Below, in pieces: positions 32,825-45,009 of a stretch of 64,000 bases of DNA. The translations under genes were made by a program, and so were the position numbers. The notes under the pieces were generated by a model. It saw nothing but the letters and a program-made list of their open reading frames with translations. It ran no database searches and was not told the DNA's origin. The DNA is from Monocercomonoides exilis PA203. Taxonomy: Eukaryota > Protista > Preaxostyla. Location of the stretch: contig LSRY02000041.1 in assembly GCA_001643675.2 (NCBI GenBank), forward strand, positions 496,001-560,000, written 5' to 3'. The first letter of the stretch is position 1; every line of letters starts with the position of its first letter.

Positions 32825-34234
32825 AATTTACAATGAGCTGGCACACATACGAGATTTTCCACGGATCTCAGGGGAGAATAGGAAAAGGCTGAAACAATCG
32901 AAGCTTAAAACATCGATTTGTTCTGTTTTGCGATTAATATCAGAAATTCTGATAGTACTTGGATTACTCAGTTTCTTGAGGAACAGTGAAATTGCTTTTC
33001 GAGCGAGAGCGAACGGGGAAGCTGCAAAAAAGTCGTTCGCAGACACTTTGACATTTTCAACGCTTCTGATTGGATCGTATTGCTTAGTGTATTATATCAA
33101 TTTATTTCTGTTAAAAAAAACTGAAACGATTGATCCAATTTATATTTTAAATGGAGTGATTCAATTGACTGTGGTGTATTTCGACTATTTTTGGAAGAAC
33201 GTTTCAATGTTTGCGTTCGTATGGCCATATTTTGTGCTTGCTATTCTGCTGCTTGCAGTTCTGATTGTGTGTGAATTTAAGCAAGCAGCTTCAGTTTCGA
33301 AGTACATGTTTTTGCTGTTGGATGTCATTTCGGCTGTTCTTTTGCTGTTCTTTTTGGTGATTGCTTCGCTGAAAGCAGACGGTTTGATTTGACTGTTAAA
33401 TTAAAAAATTTTTAATTTTTTCCTTTTTCTTTTTTTACATTCTTCCGTTCTTTCTTTGTTGTCAAATTCATCACATGATGTTAAACAGCACACATTTATC
33501 GAGTTTTAGTGAACCTGACATCGCTCAAGTGGAGAACTATATTTTCTCTAACAATTTGGAGCGCATTGATTCTCTTTGCCCGTTTCTTTGCAATGGGATG
33601 TACTGGAAGAAGGTTTAATGAAAAATTGAATGCTCTTGACGAAGAACTTATATTACTTGGAGTGGCAGTCTTCAGCGTGGTTTTGCTTCCGTTTCTGATT
33701 CTGGTCCCGCTGAAGCTGGATGGCTCAATAAAGCTGCATTTTGGCTTTTGCATTGCTTCTTTGATCGTTCCTTTTGTGGTTCTGGAATTGTTATGTATTC
33801 CTGATGACTCAAAATGCATGCGTGAAGAATTGGAAGTGGAATGGAGGAACGAAGAGATTGATAGTAGATATTATTTTGCCATTCAGAAATTTGAATGGCT
33901 GAGGATGAAACTTGGATTGCGCAAGCTTTCAAAGGGGGAGGCTATTGTTGGATTTGACGAGCACTACGAAAAAAAAGCATGGAAGCCAGTGGGAAAAGCA
34001 GTGAACATGAGAAAAACAGCATCACAATTTTGGATGGATAGATTTGAAACTGAAAAAGCATTGAAAATTCGAAGGGATTATTATGCAAGGCTTAAAGGCT
34101 CGGATCCCAATTGGTGGGAAAGCTTTGCTAACAAAACAGAGACTTTTGCAGTCAAGCTCTTCAAGCACATGAACACTTCGTTTTTCAAGTGTTCACTTGT
34201 GTTGGTTATTGTTGTAGTTTATTTGATTCTGTAA
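32825..34234 (+). CDS. Multi-pass membrane protein, TMEM185/TMEM60-like; 5' exons unresolved
   Basis: Intron 33382-33509 (GTTTG..TTTTAG) joins the 200-aa and 241-aa ORFs in frame; motifs FFLVIASLKAD..LKWRTIFSLTIW and FLILVPLKLDGSI; probable further intron 32697-32824. Confidence 0.55.
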
Positions 34235-34345
34235 AATTTCCTTGTTCAGATATTAAGAGTTTTTCCATTCATTTTGTTATTTCATAGAGACAAAGAGTTT
34301 TTCTTTTCATTTGAAGCAAATTTTGTTTTCAGTTTTCAACGTCAG

Positions 34346-34411
34346 TTTTTATTTTATTTTATTTTATTTTATTTTATTTTATTTTATTTTATTTTATTTT
34401 ATTTTATTTTT
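34346..34411. repeat. (TTTTA)n microsatellite
   Basis: Direct reading. Confidence 0.9.
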
Positions 34412-35039
34412 CAGTTCAACTTTGCTTGTTTTGAGATTGCATTTTTTTCTTTTTTGAGCACTGTAACTCCGAAAATCGCAAAATAATCTTACGAAAGAAA
34501 GCTCAATTTGAGAGTTGAATTATTATTTTTTTCACATTTTCATTGATTCCTATCAAAAATGCCAGTTCAAAAGTGTCCTTTTGATATGCAAAATTTCAAT
34601 TATTTATTATACAGTTTTGTGACAAATATTTATCAATATTGCAAGAGATGTCCAGAGCATAAAACAAACGATTGATATTTCAACTGAATGAAAAAAGTGT
34701 ATTTTGAAAAGCACACAATGAAATCGATAAAACTGATAATAAAATTGCTCATCTTTGGATAAAATCATTATTCATATTCATTGAAGCTTTCGTATCATGA
34801 AATATCGTTCGCTTTTCTTTTTCTTCTTATTTCTGTGCAACTTCTGAATACATTCTGCTTCATCCTTTCTTGCTGCACGATAACAGCGAGCTTTTACGGA
34901 TGACCCACATTTTTTTCTTTGAATGAAGACATGGTGTTTGTATCTCCGATAATGCTGTCAGCAGACATGATGGGGAATCCAAAAAAGCTTCTTTTGGCAA
35001 GGGCAGCTCAGTAGTTGTATCTTCGCTCAGCGTCTTTAG

Positions 35040-36100
35040 AAATCTTTGTCTGCTTCGCCATTCAGGAGGCGGAGAAGCAAAGAGAAGAAGACATCAGGAG
35101 AAGAGGGGTCATCATCAGCGCCTGCGATTGAACCTTCGGATGCCTCCGCGGTGGCAGCATCATTCACTTCGACAGGAGCGATGTGCGACATCGAGAGGCG
35201 GCTGGGGAGTATGTTAATCAAAAGAAGTCGTTTCTGAGGGAGCAACAGACGCTGCGGGGATATGTCGTGGTGTGACGCAGCTGGCTCTGCTGTGTAGGAG
35301 TGTTGTGTGTGCGTACGATGTGGCGCTTTTGGCGATGCTTTCGGTTCCGCTGGTGGCGCCGCTACCGTCTCTTGCAACATCGGTGGGCATGAAGGAGGAG
35401 AATAATTGGCTCTTTTCTGAAGCGGATGTGAATGTGTTCTCATCGATCTACGATCAGTTTGGCCCTTCAATGCAAATATGGCGATCGTCTCAGCTGAAAT
35501 ATTTGGTGGTGAAGTTGGATGATGAAGTAATTTGGCGAGTGGTTGCAGTGTGTGAAGTGGGGAAGATTGCGGAGAAGGGGCTATCGGCTGCGGGGCTGAG
35601 GATGGAAGATGTGGTTCAGTCGCCAGCAGCGATTGAGCTGGCTGTGCTGAAGGAGCGAGAAGAGGCAGAGGAAGGAGAAAGGGGATGCAAAGAGGGAGAC
35701 AAAGAGGGAGAAGAAAAGGGAGAAGAAGATGGAGGCAAAGATGGAGGGAGAGAGGGAGGTGATGGGAATGAGGAGAAAGGCGGGTATCCGACAGCTCACA
35801 GAGAGTTTGTGGAGAGAATCAAAGAGAACCAGGGGAAGCTGGAAGAAGCGATGACGCCGTAGATTGTAGAGGCGCTTGAGATGAGTGGGCTGAGGTTTGT
35901 GAAGGCGGAGACACATACAGAGGCAGACAAGCAGCATTCAGTGGAATCTTAAGTGTGCAGTTCTTCTCCATCTGATGGCATTCAGCAGGAGAACAGGAAA
36001 GCAGAAGAAGAAACAGAAGATGGGTCTTTGGGTATAACTTCAGATGGAAGCGCAGAGGGTGTTGAAAAAGATAAGGAACATCTTAAAAGGTTTGGCAATG
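35040..36100 (+). pseudogene. Degenerate copy of an unidentified multicopy coding family (paralogous to 45010-46470)
   Basis: KEKKTSGEEGSSSAPAIEPSD and MEDVVQSPAAIEL here versus KEKKTAGDDKSS..SAPAVDPSD and MEDVVLSPAAIVL at 45030/45624; broken frames. Confidence 0.55.
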
Positions 36101-36749
36101 AATGAAGAACAAGGCGGCCTATCGTTGAAGCTGAAGGTTATAGATGATTTTTAATCGCAGAAGAAGAAGTTTGATTTGAATGCACGTCTTCACATCTTTT
36201 CTGTTTTCTTTTCACATTATTTATATTATTTCCATGTTCTTTATCGAATTCTTCCTTTTCCTTCATCTGCACATCATCCTCATCAGAGACCACATTCCTT
36301 TATTTCTCTATATTTCTCTGAAATATCTTCCTCTTCCTCTTCCTCTTCCTCTCCTTTTTCTTTCGTTGTCATTCGTCACCTTCCTTCATAGTTCTGCTGT
36401 TGCAACATATATCTCCCTTGTCCTCCATCTGATCGAAGCATTCTTTTGCTTTTTACCACCGCCGCTGCTGTCTCCCGCCAACAAACAATTGAATTCCCCG
36501 TCTCACTGCATTTGTAACTTAACGCTATGGAAGCACCCTCACATTAAAAAAATGCCACTGCTTCAATAATTACTGCAACATGAAAAGAAGACAAATGTGT
36601 GACTCTTCATTCTTCTTGTTGGAGCACGAGCAGCAGAGTGAACTCAAACAGCGCCAGAAAATATGTTCGATTGAAAGCAACATCTGATGAAATTCTCCAT
36701 TTTTTTTATAAAAAGCCATTTCTTATTTGAAAGCCACAACACAAGATAA

Positions 36750-37920
36750 ACACAGGCCAACGTCATAACAACCAGAAATAAATACATTAAATATTCTTTA
36801 GAGAAATTGTTCACTCTCGATGTTCGTCTGAGAAAACATGGCTGTCTTGTCTAATTTCTGCAAAAACCTCAGAGCGCCCAATACGAAGCAACAAAGTTCC
36901 CACAAATCAACTCCGCATCGATGCCACGCAAATGGAGCATAACAATAAAATCTCTGGGTGGCTGCGCTTGAAGAGGTTGACACAAATATTCTGTATTTTT
37001 CTGTAGTTGCCTGTGGTATCGAAGAAAGCTAACTTCGAATGATAATCGCATTGCTTGTTCAAAATGGCAGTCCCTTCGAAGAATGAAATCCAGATGTGGC
37101 TGGCCTGAATGTTGTTCGACTGCCAACTAATATTCGACAATTGGATGTCTCGTAGTTGGCGTTTCTCCACTCTTTTGAAGCAAAAGCGGAATCAGAATTA
37201 GAAATTCGTCGCTTTCCATGTCTGCCTGGTGCAGTCCGAGAAACAGGAAAACCTTATAAATAAAACCGATATTTTGGGGTTCTCCTTTTTTCGTTGAATT
37301 CTTGCCTTTAATGTGATTAATATCCTTCCCTCCATATTGTCAGTTGCTTTCCTTGCCAAAAAATACTCCAAACTGCTCCCCCTGCCTTACGTTCCCAAAT
37401 GATATATAATTTTGTGCAGATTTTGTCCTTTACAGAATTCCACCTAAAATCTTCATTCAATAAAACATCAGTTGAATTTTCTTTCACCTCTTGTTCCAAA
37501 TAAAAATAATGAAAAGTGTGAAAGTTGCACATATTCCTTTATTTCCCAATGTCTATATAATAATCAGCTCCGTTCTCATCGTATTGCTCTACAAAGCGGA
37601 GATTGGCCATTTCAACAATAACTCATATTCCTGCACTTTGGAGAGGGTACAGATGGAAATATCTTGACGACCAATTGAACAATAAAATTTACATACATTA
37701 TGTCTTTTTGTGAAATTGATGAAATTGTTGCATTCCCCTTGGCCATCCAATTGACAAAAATCATCAGATTGAATTTCAAAAACATTGCATCTCCACAATT
37801 ATCTGTTGTCATCAGAGGAAATAATATTTCTAGTTCTACATGCAATGTTCACTCTGGAATTCTCAATTGGTGCATGAATAATTTCGGTTCAAACAAATCT
37901 AATCGATCAACACATCCATA
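36750..37920 (-). pseudogene. Heavily decayed coding remnant, possibly a DDE (hAT/MULE-type) transposase
   Basis: Fragmented frames; FFDTTGN followed about 30 codons later, in another frame, by YAPFAWH, loosely like the D..N and PCxxH motifs. Confidence 0.2.
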
Positions 37921-38124
37921 ACATCAAACAAAGGAAGAAAAAGTTAATTTTTTTTTCTTAAAATATTGCAAAATACACTTGTGTGTAGAAATATGGTGTG
38001 AATTCATAGATTTTTATGGTATTTTTGAGATTTTGTTATTCGTTGATGTCATCAATCCAAACAAATGCTTGTTCAATGTGAATGATAAAAATTGCGTTTT
38101 TTCCGACTGCAATAGATTTCAAAA

Positions 38125-39527
38125 ATGCAGGAGACAGGAGTCATTGAAAAGTTTACTGGTACGTTCATATTACTACACTTGAATTATTCGCGATCTCATT
38201 TCTTTTCTTTATTTGGCGTTTTCAGAATTATTTAATGAACTGGAGGATTGCGATGAGGATAATCAGAAACAGAAAATCGAAGAAATGAATACATTAACGG
38301 AAAAGATGGATAGAGAAGAATTAAAATCTATTTTCACATTGGAATTGTTCAATGAAATTCACCAAATGATTGAGGAAAAGAAACTACAATTGGGAAATGC
38401 AATTTTGCTGCTGAAGCATGTTGGATATTGGAAAGTGCTGATAAATACATATTTTCTATGCTTTAAAAAGTCTTTGTTAAACGAAAGATTTGAGAGAATG
38501 ATTCTTGAAGAAGAAAAGAAAAGAAATGAAAAGAACGAAATACTTTTAGATGATCTTTGCGAATGCTGTTTTTTGCTAAAGGATAGATTTTCAACGGAAT
38601 TACTTTCAATTTGTGTGCCTTGCCTTCTGAAAGCTGCCTCGAAGAAAGATGAAAACGAGGAAACTCAAAAAGAAGTGGAAATGGCTTTGCTGGCTTTAAG
38701 TAACTTAAGATTTATTGTTTGAACACTTCTTTTTCCTTTTTGACATTTTTGATATTTTCCGATTTTTATAGAAAATTGAACAAGAACTGTTTCTGAATGA
38801 GATCAAAGAGATAATCAAATATCATCAAGAACATCACAACCTGACCCATCTTGCCTATCAGTATGCTTGGATGTTTTTAATACACAGATTTGTCACAAAC
38901 AGAAGTTTGGAAGATGCCATTGTGGATGAGCTACGTTTTCCGAGAGCGGCAACAAGAGAACTGGAAGCACTTTCAAAATGTGTGGATTGGAAGAAAAAAG
39001 AGGAAGTGACGAAAAGGGTGAAAGAAGTTCAGATAACAAAGAGATGGGTTTGCACAATCGAAGTTTTGTTCAGCAATTTCCTATCATGGAAAGATGAATT
39101 TATGGAGCTGATCTGTTGTATTGTCGGACTGTGCAGAGTAACAAGAGAGAATGAAGAAATCCAGGGATGCTTTCGTTATCAATTGCTTGACTTGACTCAA
39201 AATGAAACTATATGTATTGAAGACATGGTGAAAAGTGGATATATTTCTCTTGTTTTGGAGGATTTTTTACAGTCAACGCTGAACGATGAAATCATGTTTT
39301 TTTCTTTTGATATCTATTTGTCTATTTTCGGAAGATTGAACAAAAAGATGGATGATGATTCAAAAGAAGAGGAAAGATTGAAAAACAAAATAGCGATTTT
39401 CGAAAAGATGGAAGAAGAAGGATACGAAGATATCATCATCAGCTTTCATGAAACGTTGAATTTCCTGAACAGAAAATATGGTTCTGGATTTTCATTGGAT
39501 ATTGCAGATTATTTTGTAAATGTTTAA
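38125..39527 (+). CDS. Lineage-specific helical (ARM-like) multigene-family protein, copy 1; introns 38159-38225 and 38717-38771; possible upstream micro-exon ATG at 38016
   Basis: Phase-consistent GT..AG introns join the 169-aa and 218-aa ORFs; motifs QKEVEMALLALS, YHQEHHNLT.LAYQ.AW and EEEGYED shared with copy 2. Confidence 0.8.
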
Positions 39528-40449
39528 CTAAATTCATTTCATTTGGCTTTGTAACTCAAAAATTATCTTTCTCTTTTTTCTATCACATCACAAAATGGAA
39601 AAATAAACAGTTATTTTATGTTTTATTTTTTAATTTTCATTTTCTTTAATAAAACTTCGAAATGCAACAAAGCAATTGTGTGAAAAACGAATGTGTCGAT
39701 CTATTTTCATTTCTTTTCAGTTAAGTTCTTCCAAACTGTGAAGATACAATTTCCTGTGAACAAAACGATTCCTTCTTCATTCTGTATTCATTCTCTCTGA
39801 CAACATCTTCAACAGATCCTCCTCTCCTTTGATCATTCACATCTTTTCATCTTCTTTCACTCCAACAAGAATATCTGTTTACGTTTAACTTCGGAATCCA
39901 TTCAAAAAAATCTTTTTCTTTTGGTTCACCAAGATAAAATGGAAGATGATATGAAATGAATCAATAATATGGATAATATTTGTTGGGATAATCAATAAAA
40001 AAATCTTCATTTGACATTTTTTATTCATCATTCTTCAAAATTTTTGTTTTCATTGAAGAATAAAGTTCTTTGAAAGCATTTTGAAAGAATTTGGCTGCTT
40101 CATCAAAATGGAGAAGAAATCACAATATTAATTTTTGTGCTTTCTTTGACTTCAATTTTGATGATGATTGAACTGAAAAGGAAGAAATCAAAGAAAAAGA
40201 AAACTTATAAAAAGAATTTGCAGAAAAAAAAGACGAGGAGGAGGAAAGGAAGAGTTAGAGAATAAAAAATTAATTTTTTGATGATAACAACATTAGCAAT
40301 GAAGGTGATGACTACAAAGGGTCAATCGACAAAGATGAATGATGAATTATTCGAAAAGTCAGATATCTTTTGAATGCAAATCCTCAGAAAGCTCATCAAC
40401 TCCAACAAAAGAGTCGCTTCTACCAAATACCCTCAACAAATGAGCCAAA

Positions 40450-41410
40450 AAAACTGCTTTTTCTCTCTTTCAAGCTCATGTCAAGCATTGTAGGGTTATG
40501 CATCATTCAAAACAGATGGCAGAAGTCACGAATGTAATCGTTGAATGCGATGCAAATAAGAATAATCTCAAAACTTCTGAATCTTTTGAAAAAGGATAAA
40601 AAGGTTTCTTTCGATGGCATTCCTGTTCATGATCAATCTTCATTCATTCAAAGAATACCTTTAAATAAAAATGGATCAAATGAAAAAAAAAGTCAAACCA
40701 TTTTTTTGGTCTTGAAATTTTTTCCCATCTCCAATGGATTGGTTATTATCAGCCCAGCTGGTTTTCCTGTTCTCCAAAATTGCCTCTTGTCACATAAAAA
40801 AGCAGATAACTGGACAACAAATGGCTTGCAAAGAACATCATCGAACGTAAAGAATCCATTGTGAAGTTGGCTGTGATATTAGATGAAAACACATATTCTC
40901 CAAATTAACTCCTTTTCAAAACTCAATTCAACGCCAAGTTTTTGCTGATAGCATACCAGTAGGATTCGTGTTAAATGCAAATGCGATTGTTGTTGAGGCC
41001 TATTGAGCGTCTCGCTCTGTTCGCTTCCTCCACTGTCCAACCCCTCAATTTCCTTTCCTTTTCCACAAAGCCAACCTTCCACAAAAAATCACGCAAAGCA
41101 AGTGCTGCGCAATAGTTATGCCAAGTGAACCGCATTTCCCTCGAAATGAACAAGCGGTCCAATTCAATCTTTCGGATATTCTGTTAGCTTTTTCTGCATC
41201 TTGCTTGAATTATTTTTCATTCAAAATGTCGCAGCCGATGTTACACCATATGTTTTGTGATATATGATTAAGTTCACATTTCATGCTGGTTTTCTCCACC
41301 AATTCACTTTTTGCAAGCAATAGATGCAAACAGCCATTCGCTCCTCCATCTGTAAACAAAACCCCTGTTCTTCTGTAATGCTATAACTCGCATGGTTGCA
41401 TTTGTAGCCT
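40450..41410 (-). pseudogene. Decayed hAT-like transposase remnant (tentative)
   Basis: MAVCIYCLQK...NLIIYHKTY (BED-finger-like), GMLSAKTW (like LS.D.W) and LSAFLCD in the expected order, across many stops and frameshifts. Confidence 0.3.
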
Positions 41411-41563
41411 TACGTACAAACGCTCAAATTTGCTCAAACCGCATCATATCATCAATCAAAAATCTTCACTTTATAAAATTATGGTTTGTTAACCCTTATT
41501 TTCTTGTTTTATTTGAAGATCTGTTTTTCTTCTTTTTAATTTGCTTGTTTTGAAGCAAAAATC

Positions 41564-43114
41564 ATGATGGCAAAAGTGGTTTGGAATCCTGTTTTATTAG
41601 ATATTTGACGGTGCTTTTAATTCTTTTGATTCAACTGCACCACAAATATTTCGAAAATGAATTTATTAATTGTTTTGGATTCATTTTGCAATTTTGTAGT
41701 TTCTTTTGAACAAACAAATATTTCTTGGTATATATATATATATTGAGAAAACGATTATCCGGTTGATTAATTGTTTTATTTCCAATTTTTTAGAAAAACT
41801 GCTGCAATTGGAACAATTCACTGAATCCGAACAGAAGCATAAAATCGAAGAATTGAGCAATGTTTTGGAAGAAATTGGCAAAGAAGAATTCAAATCCGTT
41901 TTCACAACAGAGTTGTTCAATGAAATTCACACAATGATTGAAGAAAAGATTCTTTCGATGGAAAATACAATTTTGCTGCTGAAGCACATTAGCTATTATT
42001 CTAATCTTAAAAGGATTTGGATTGAAGGCTTTGAAGGAACTTCATTGTGCAAAAGATTTGAAGAGATGATTATTGAAGAAGATGAGAAAAAAGAGGAAAA
42101 GAATGAAAAGCTTTTAGCTGATCTTTGCGAATGTTATATTTCTTTGAGCGATGATTACCAACCAAAATTATTATGTATTTGCGTTTCGTGCATTTTAAAA
42201 GCTACTTTAAAGAAAGAAGGAAATGAAGAAGCACAAAAGGAAGTGGAAATGGCTTTATTATCACTTAGCAACCTTGACGTACTTTGTGTTTGAACATTTT
42301 TCTTTGCTTTTTAGCGCATATGATTTTTTTCCACATATATTTTTATTAGTTTGTCGAACAAAAACAGCACTTGAATGAAATAAAAGAAATCTTCAAATAT
42401 CATCAAGAGCATCACAACCTGACAAGGCTTGCTTATCAGTCTGCTTGGGAGTTTTTGATCTACAGATTGTTCTTTGAAAATAGTTTGGAAGAAGATTTTG
42501 TGAATGAATTGCATTTTGGAAGAGAAGCAGCGAGAGAACTGGATGAGCTTTCAAAGTGTGTGGAATGGAAGAACAAAAAAGAGGGGAAAGGAAGCAAAGA
42601 AACGAAAGAAGAGTTAGTTTTATTGAGATGGCTCCAAACTTGTGAGTCTTGTTTTCTTCGTTGCAATTTGTGGAATGAAGAATTTGTTGGGCTCATCAAC
42701 AGCATTGTTCAGGTATTTCGATCAGCAAAGGGTAATTACAAAGAAATCAGCTATCAAACCATTTTTTTGCTTAAAGAGACATCGATCAGAACAGGTGTTG
42801 AGATAAAAGACTTGATGAAAAGCGGAGTAGCTGATGCTGTTTTGGAGGGTATTCAGCAGCAGACATTAGAAGACGAAATGATAAATCAATTTTTGGAATT
42901 TTTTATGAATCTCTCAAAAAAATTGAAAAGAGAGATGGACGAAGCAATGGACGAAGCGAAAAGAAAGATAATTAGAAGGAGAGTGTTTGATAAGCTGGAA
43001 GAAGAAGGATATGAAGATACTATCACAAGCCTTTATGAAGTATTGAATTTTCTGAAAAGAAAGCGTTATCGTAAATTATCATTGGACATTTATGATTATC
43101 TTGTGAATGATTGA
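41564..43114 (+). CDS. Same helical family, copy 2; introns 41579-41699, 41728-41793 and 42288-42349
   Basis: In-phase splicing; the last intron is at the same position and has the same GTTTGAACA donor as copy 1; extensive protein similarity. Confidence 0.8.
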
Positions 43115-44108
43115 GAAAATGAAATGCCATTCTATTTGTTTCTCAAATTTTTTCTTTATTTTTATTTATTTATTTATTTATTTTTTTTTTTATTTTTATT
43201 TTTATTTTTATTTTTATTTTTATTTTTATTTTTTTCTTTTTCTTTTTTTTTTTTTCGTCGATTTATTATTCGACAGAACTTTGTAAATGTTTTCTTTAAC
43301 AAACAAAAAATTGTTTTAATGAATTATTTGATGTTTATCAAATTAGTGTAAATGTTAGAGGAAATGAGATTTATTGAATTTCGTTTCTTAAATATAATAT
43401 TTTTCTTTTTGTTTATTTCACAAAATGAGAGGAAAAAAATATGTTATAACACAGTTATCCTGACCTGGCACTTTTTCTGAAACTTGGGAATATTTGACTT
43501 GGATTATTAACACAAAATTTCATAAAGTTTAAAGTTAGAATGATCATCATTTTCCAATGAAAAAAAAGCATAAATCCTGATAAATGACGATCTTTTGATT
43601 TGTTCCCATATAGTCAAAACATGCACACTTTTTCAAGAAGAGAATTGAATTGGTATTTTAAAACGAGAGTTTGGATGACACTGAAAAACTTCATTATATT
43701 ATCATTATCATCTTTTGTTTATCATTGACTTTTTTCTTGACTTTTCAGAATCTTAATTCAAACTTGTTTTCAATATTCTTTTCATTCAAACTCTTCTCAT
43801 TTATCTTGTTTTTGCATCAAAACAAAATATTGTATATATTTGGAACAAAATATTTGACTTCAGGAATTTTCATTGAAAAATTATGCATCTTCCATGAACA
43901 TTGTGTGATCAAAAAATATGAACGAAATGTGTTCATTTTTCGGAATATTTGTTATATCACAAATTACTGTGTTGTGATATCAATGGGTCCAGTTTATGGA
44001 TTTGAGAATCTTATTCATTATGAAATCTGGTTGAGCGAGAAAATGATATAAGTGAAACAATTTTTTCAAGCTTTGTTCATTAAAAGCTTAAAAGTCAGAA
44101 TTTACCAC

Positions 44109-44204
44109 CATATGGGTCATTCTTTTTGAAAAGTCGCAAACGTTTAATTGATCTGAAAATCAGATCGAAAATGATCAAAAATGTTGATCATTCCGTTTCC
44201 ATCA
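44109..44204 (+). repeat. Dispersed repeat / possible left TIR; inverted partner at 49574-49657
   Basis: CATATGGGTCATTCTTTTTGAAAAGTCGC matches the reverse complement of 49629-49657 at 26/29; gapped similarity continues inward. Confidence 0.6.
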
Positions 44205-45009
44205 TATATTGCTAAGTATTATTTTTTTCAGTTTTGTCATTCTATCACCGAATATTACGTTTCAATAAAACAGATTTCATATATCATATTCACTGTTAAA
44301 TCATATTAATGGAATTTAATATTATTTTTCTTGTTTTTTGAAGCAACTGAATTATTTGTTCCTATTTCAATATTTTCATTTCAACCGTTCATATCTTCGT
44401 TTAGATTTTTCGAGTGGAAACTTCTTTTTCAATATTATCTTATATTGAAAGACAAATAGATTTTAACTTGTTTAAATTTGAGTATTTTTTGTTAGAAATT
44501 AATAAATAGGAAATTTTCATCAATACTGTCCTCATTGAAATTAAAAGAAACTCAAAAAGTTGTTAATATTGAGCAGTTATTAATGTTATAAGAAATAAAT
44601 GAAGAATAACATGTGATTTCTCATAATTAAATGCTCTTTTATAAAAAATTCAAAAGAGAAATGGTCTCTCATATTTTGAATCAAATCATGAATCATATCT
44701 AAAATAGCTTTCAACTTTTCATTTTTTTTTTTTTTTTTGCTCATCTTTTTCTTCTCATTTCAATTCCCTTCCAAAAGAAATTCTGTTCCTTCTTTTCCAT
44801 CAAATCAAAAAAGATGTAATTTCTGTGATGATTGGCGTTTATAATTTGAACATGGACTTTGTGTTTGTGAGGCGAAAGGCGCTGCAATTTTGTGTGATGA
44901 GTTGTATCAAAAAGCTTCTTGAAGCTGAGCACTGTAGCATTCGTCTTTTTTCTCAGCGTCATTCAAATTCTTTATCTTTTATAATTGGAGCAGCACTTCA
45001 GTTAGTTTC

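Noticed and set aside
43457-43472. ATCCTGACCTGGCAC resembling the U1 snRNA 5' end
   Set aside because: Mismatches in the splice-site-pairing segment; no U1-70K or U1A loops or convincing stems downstream.
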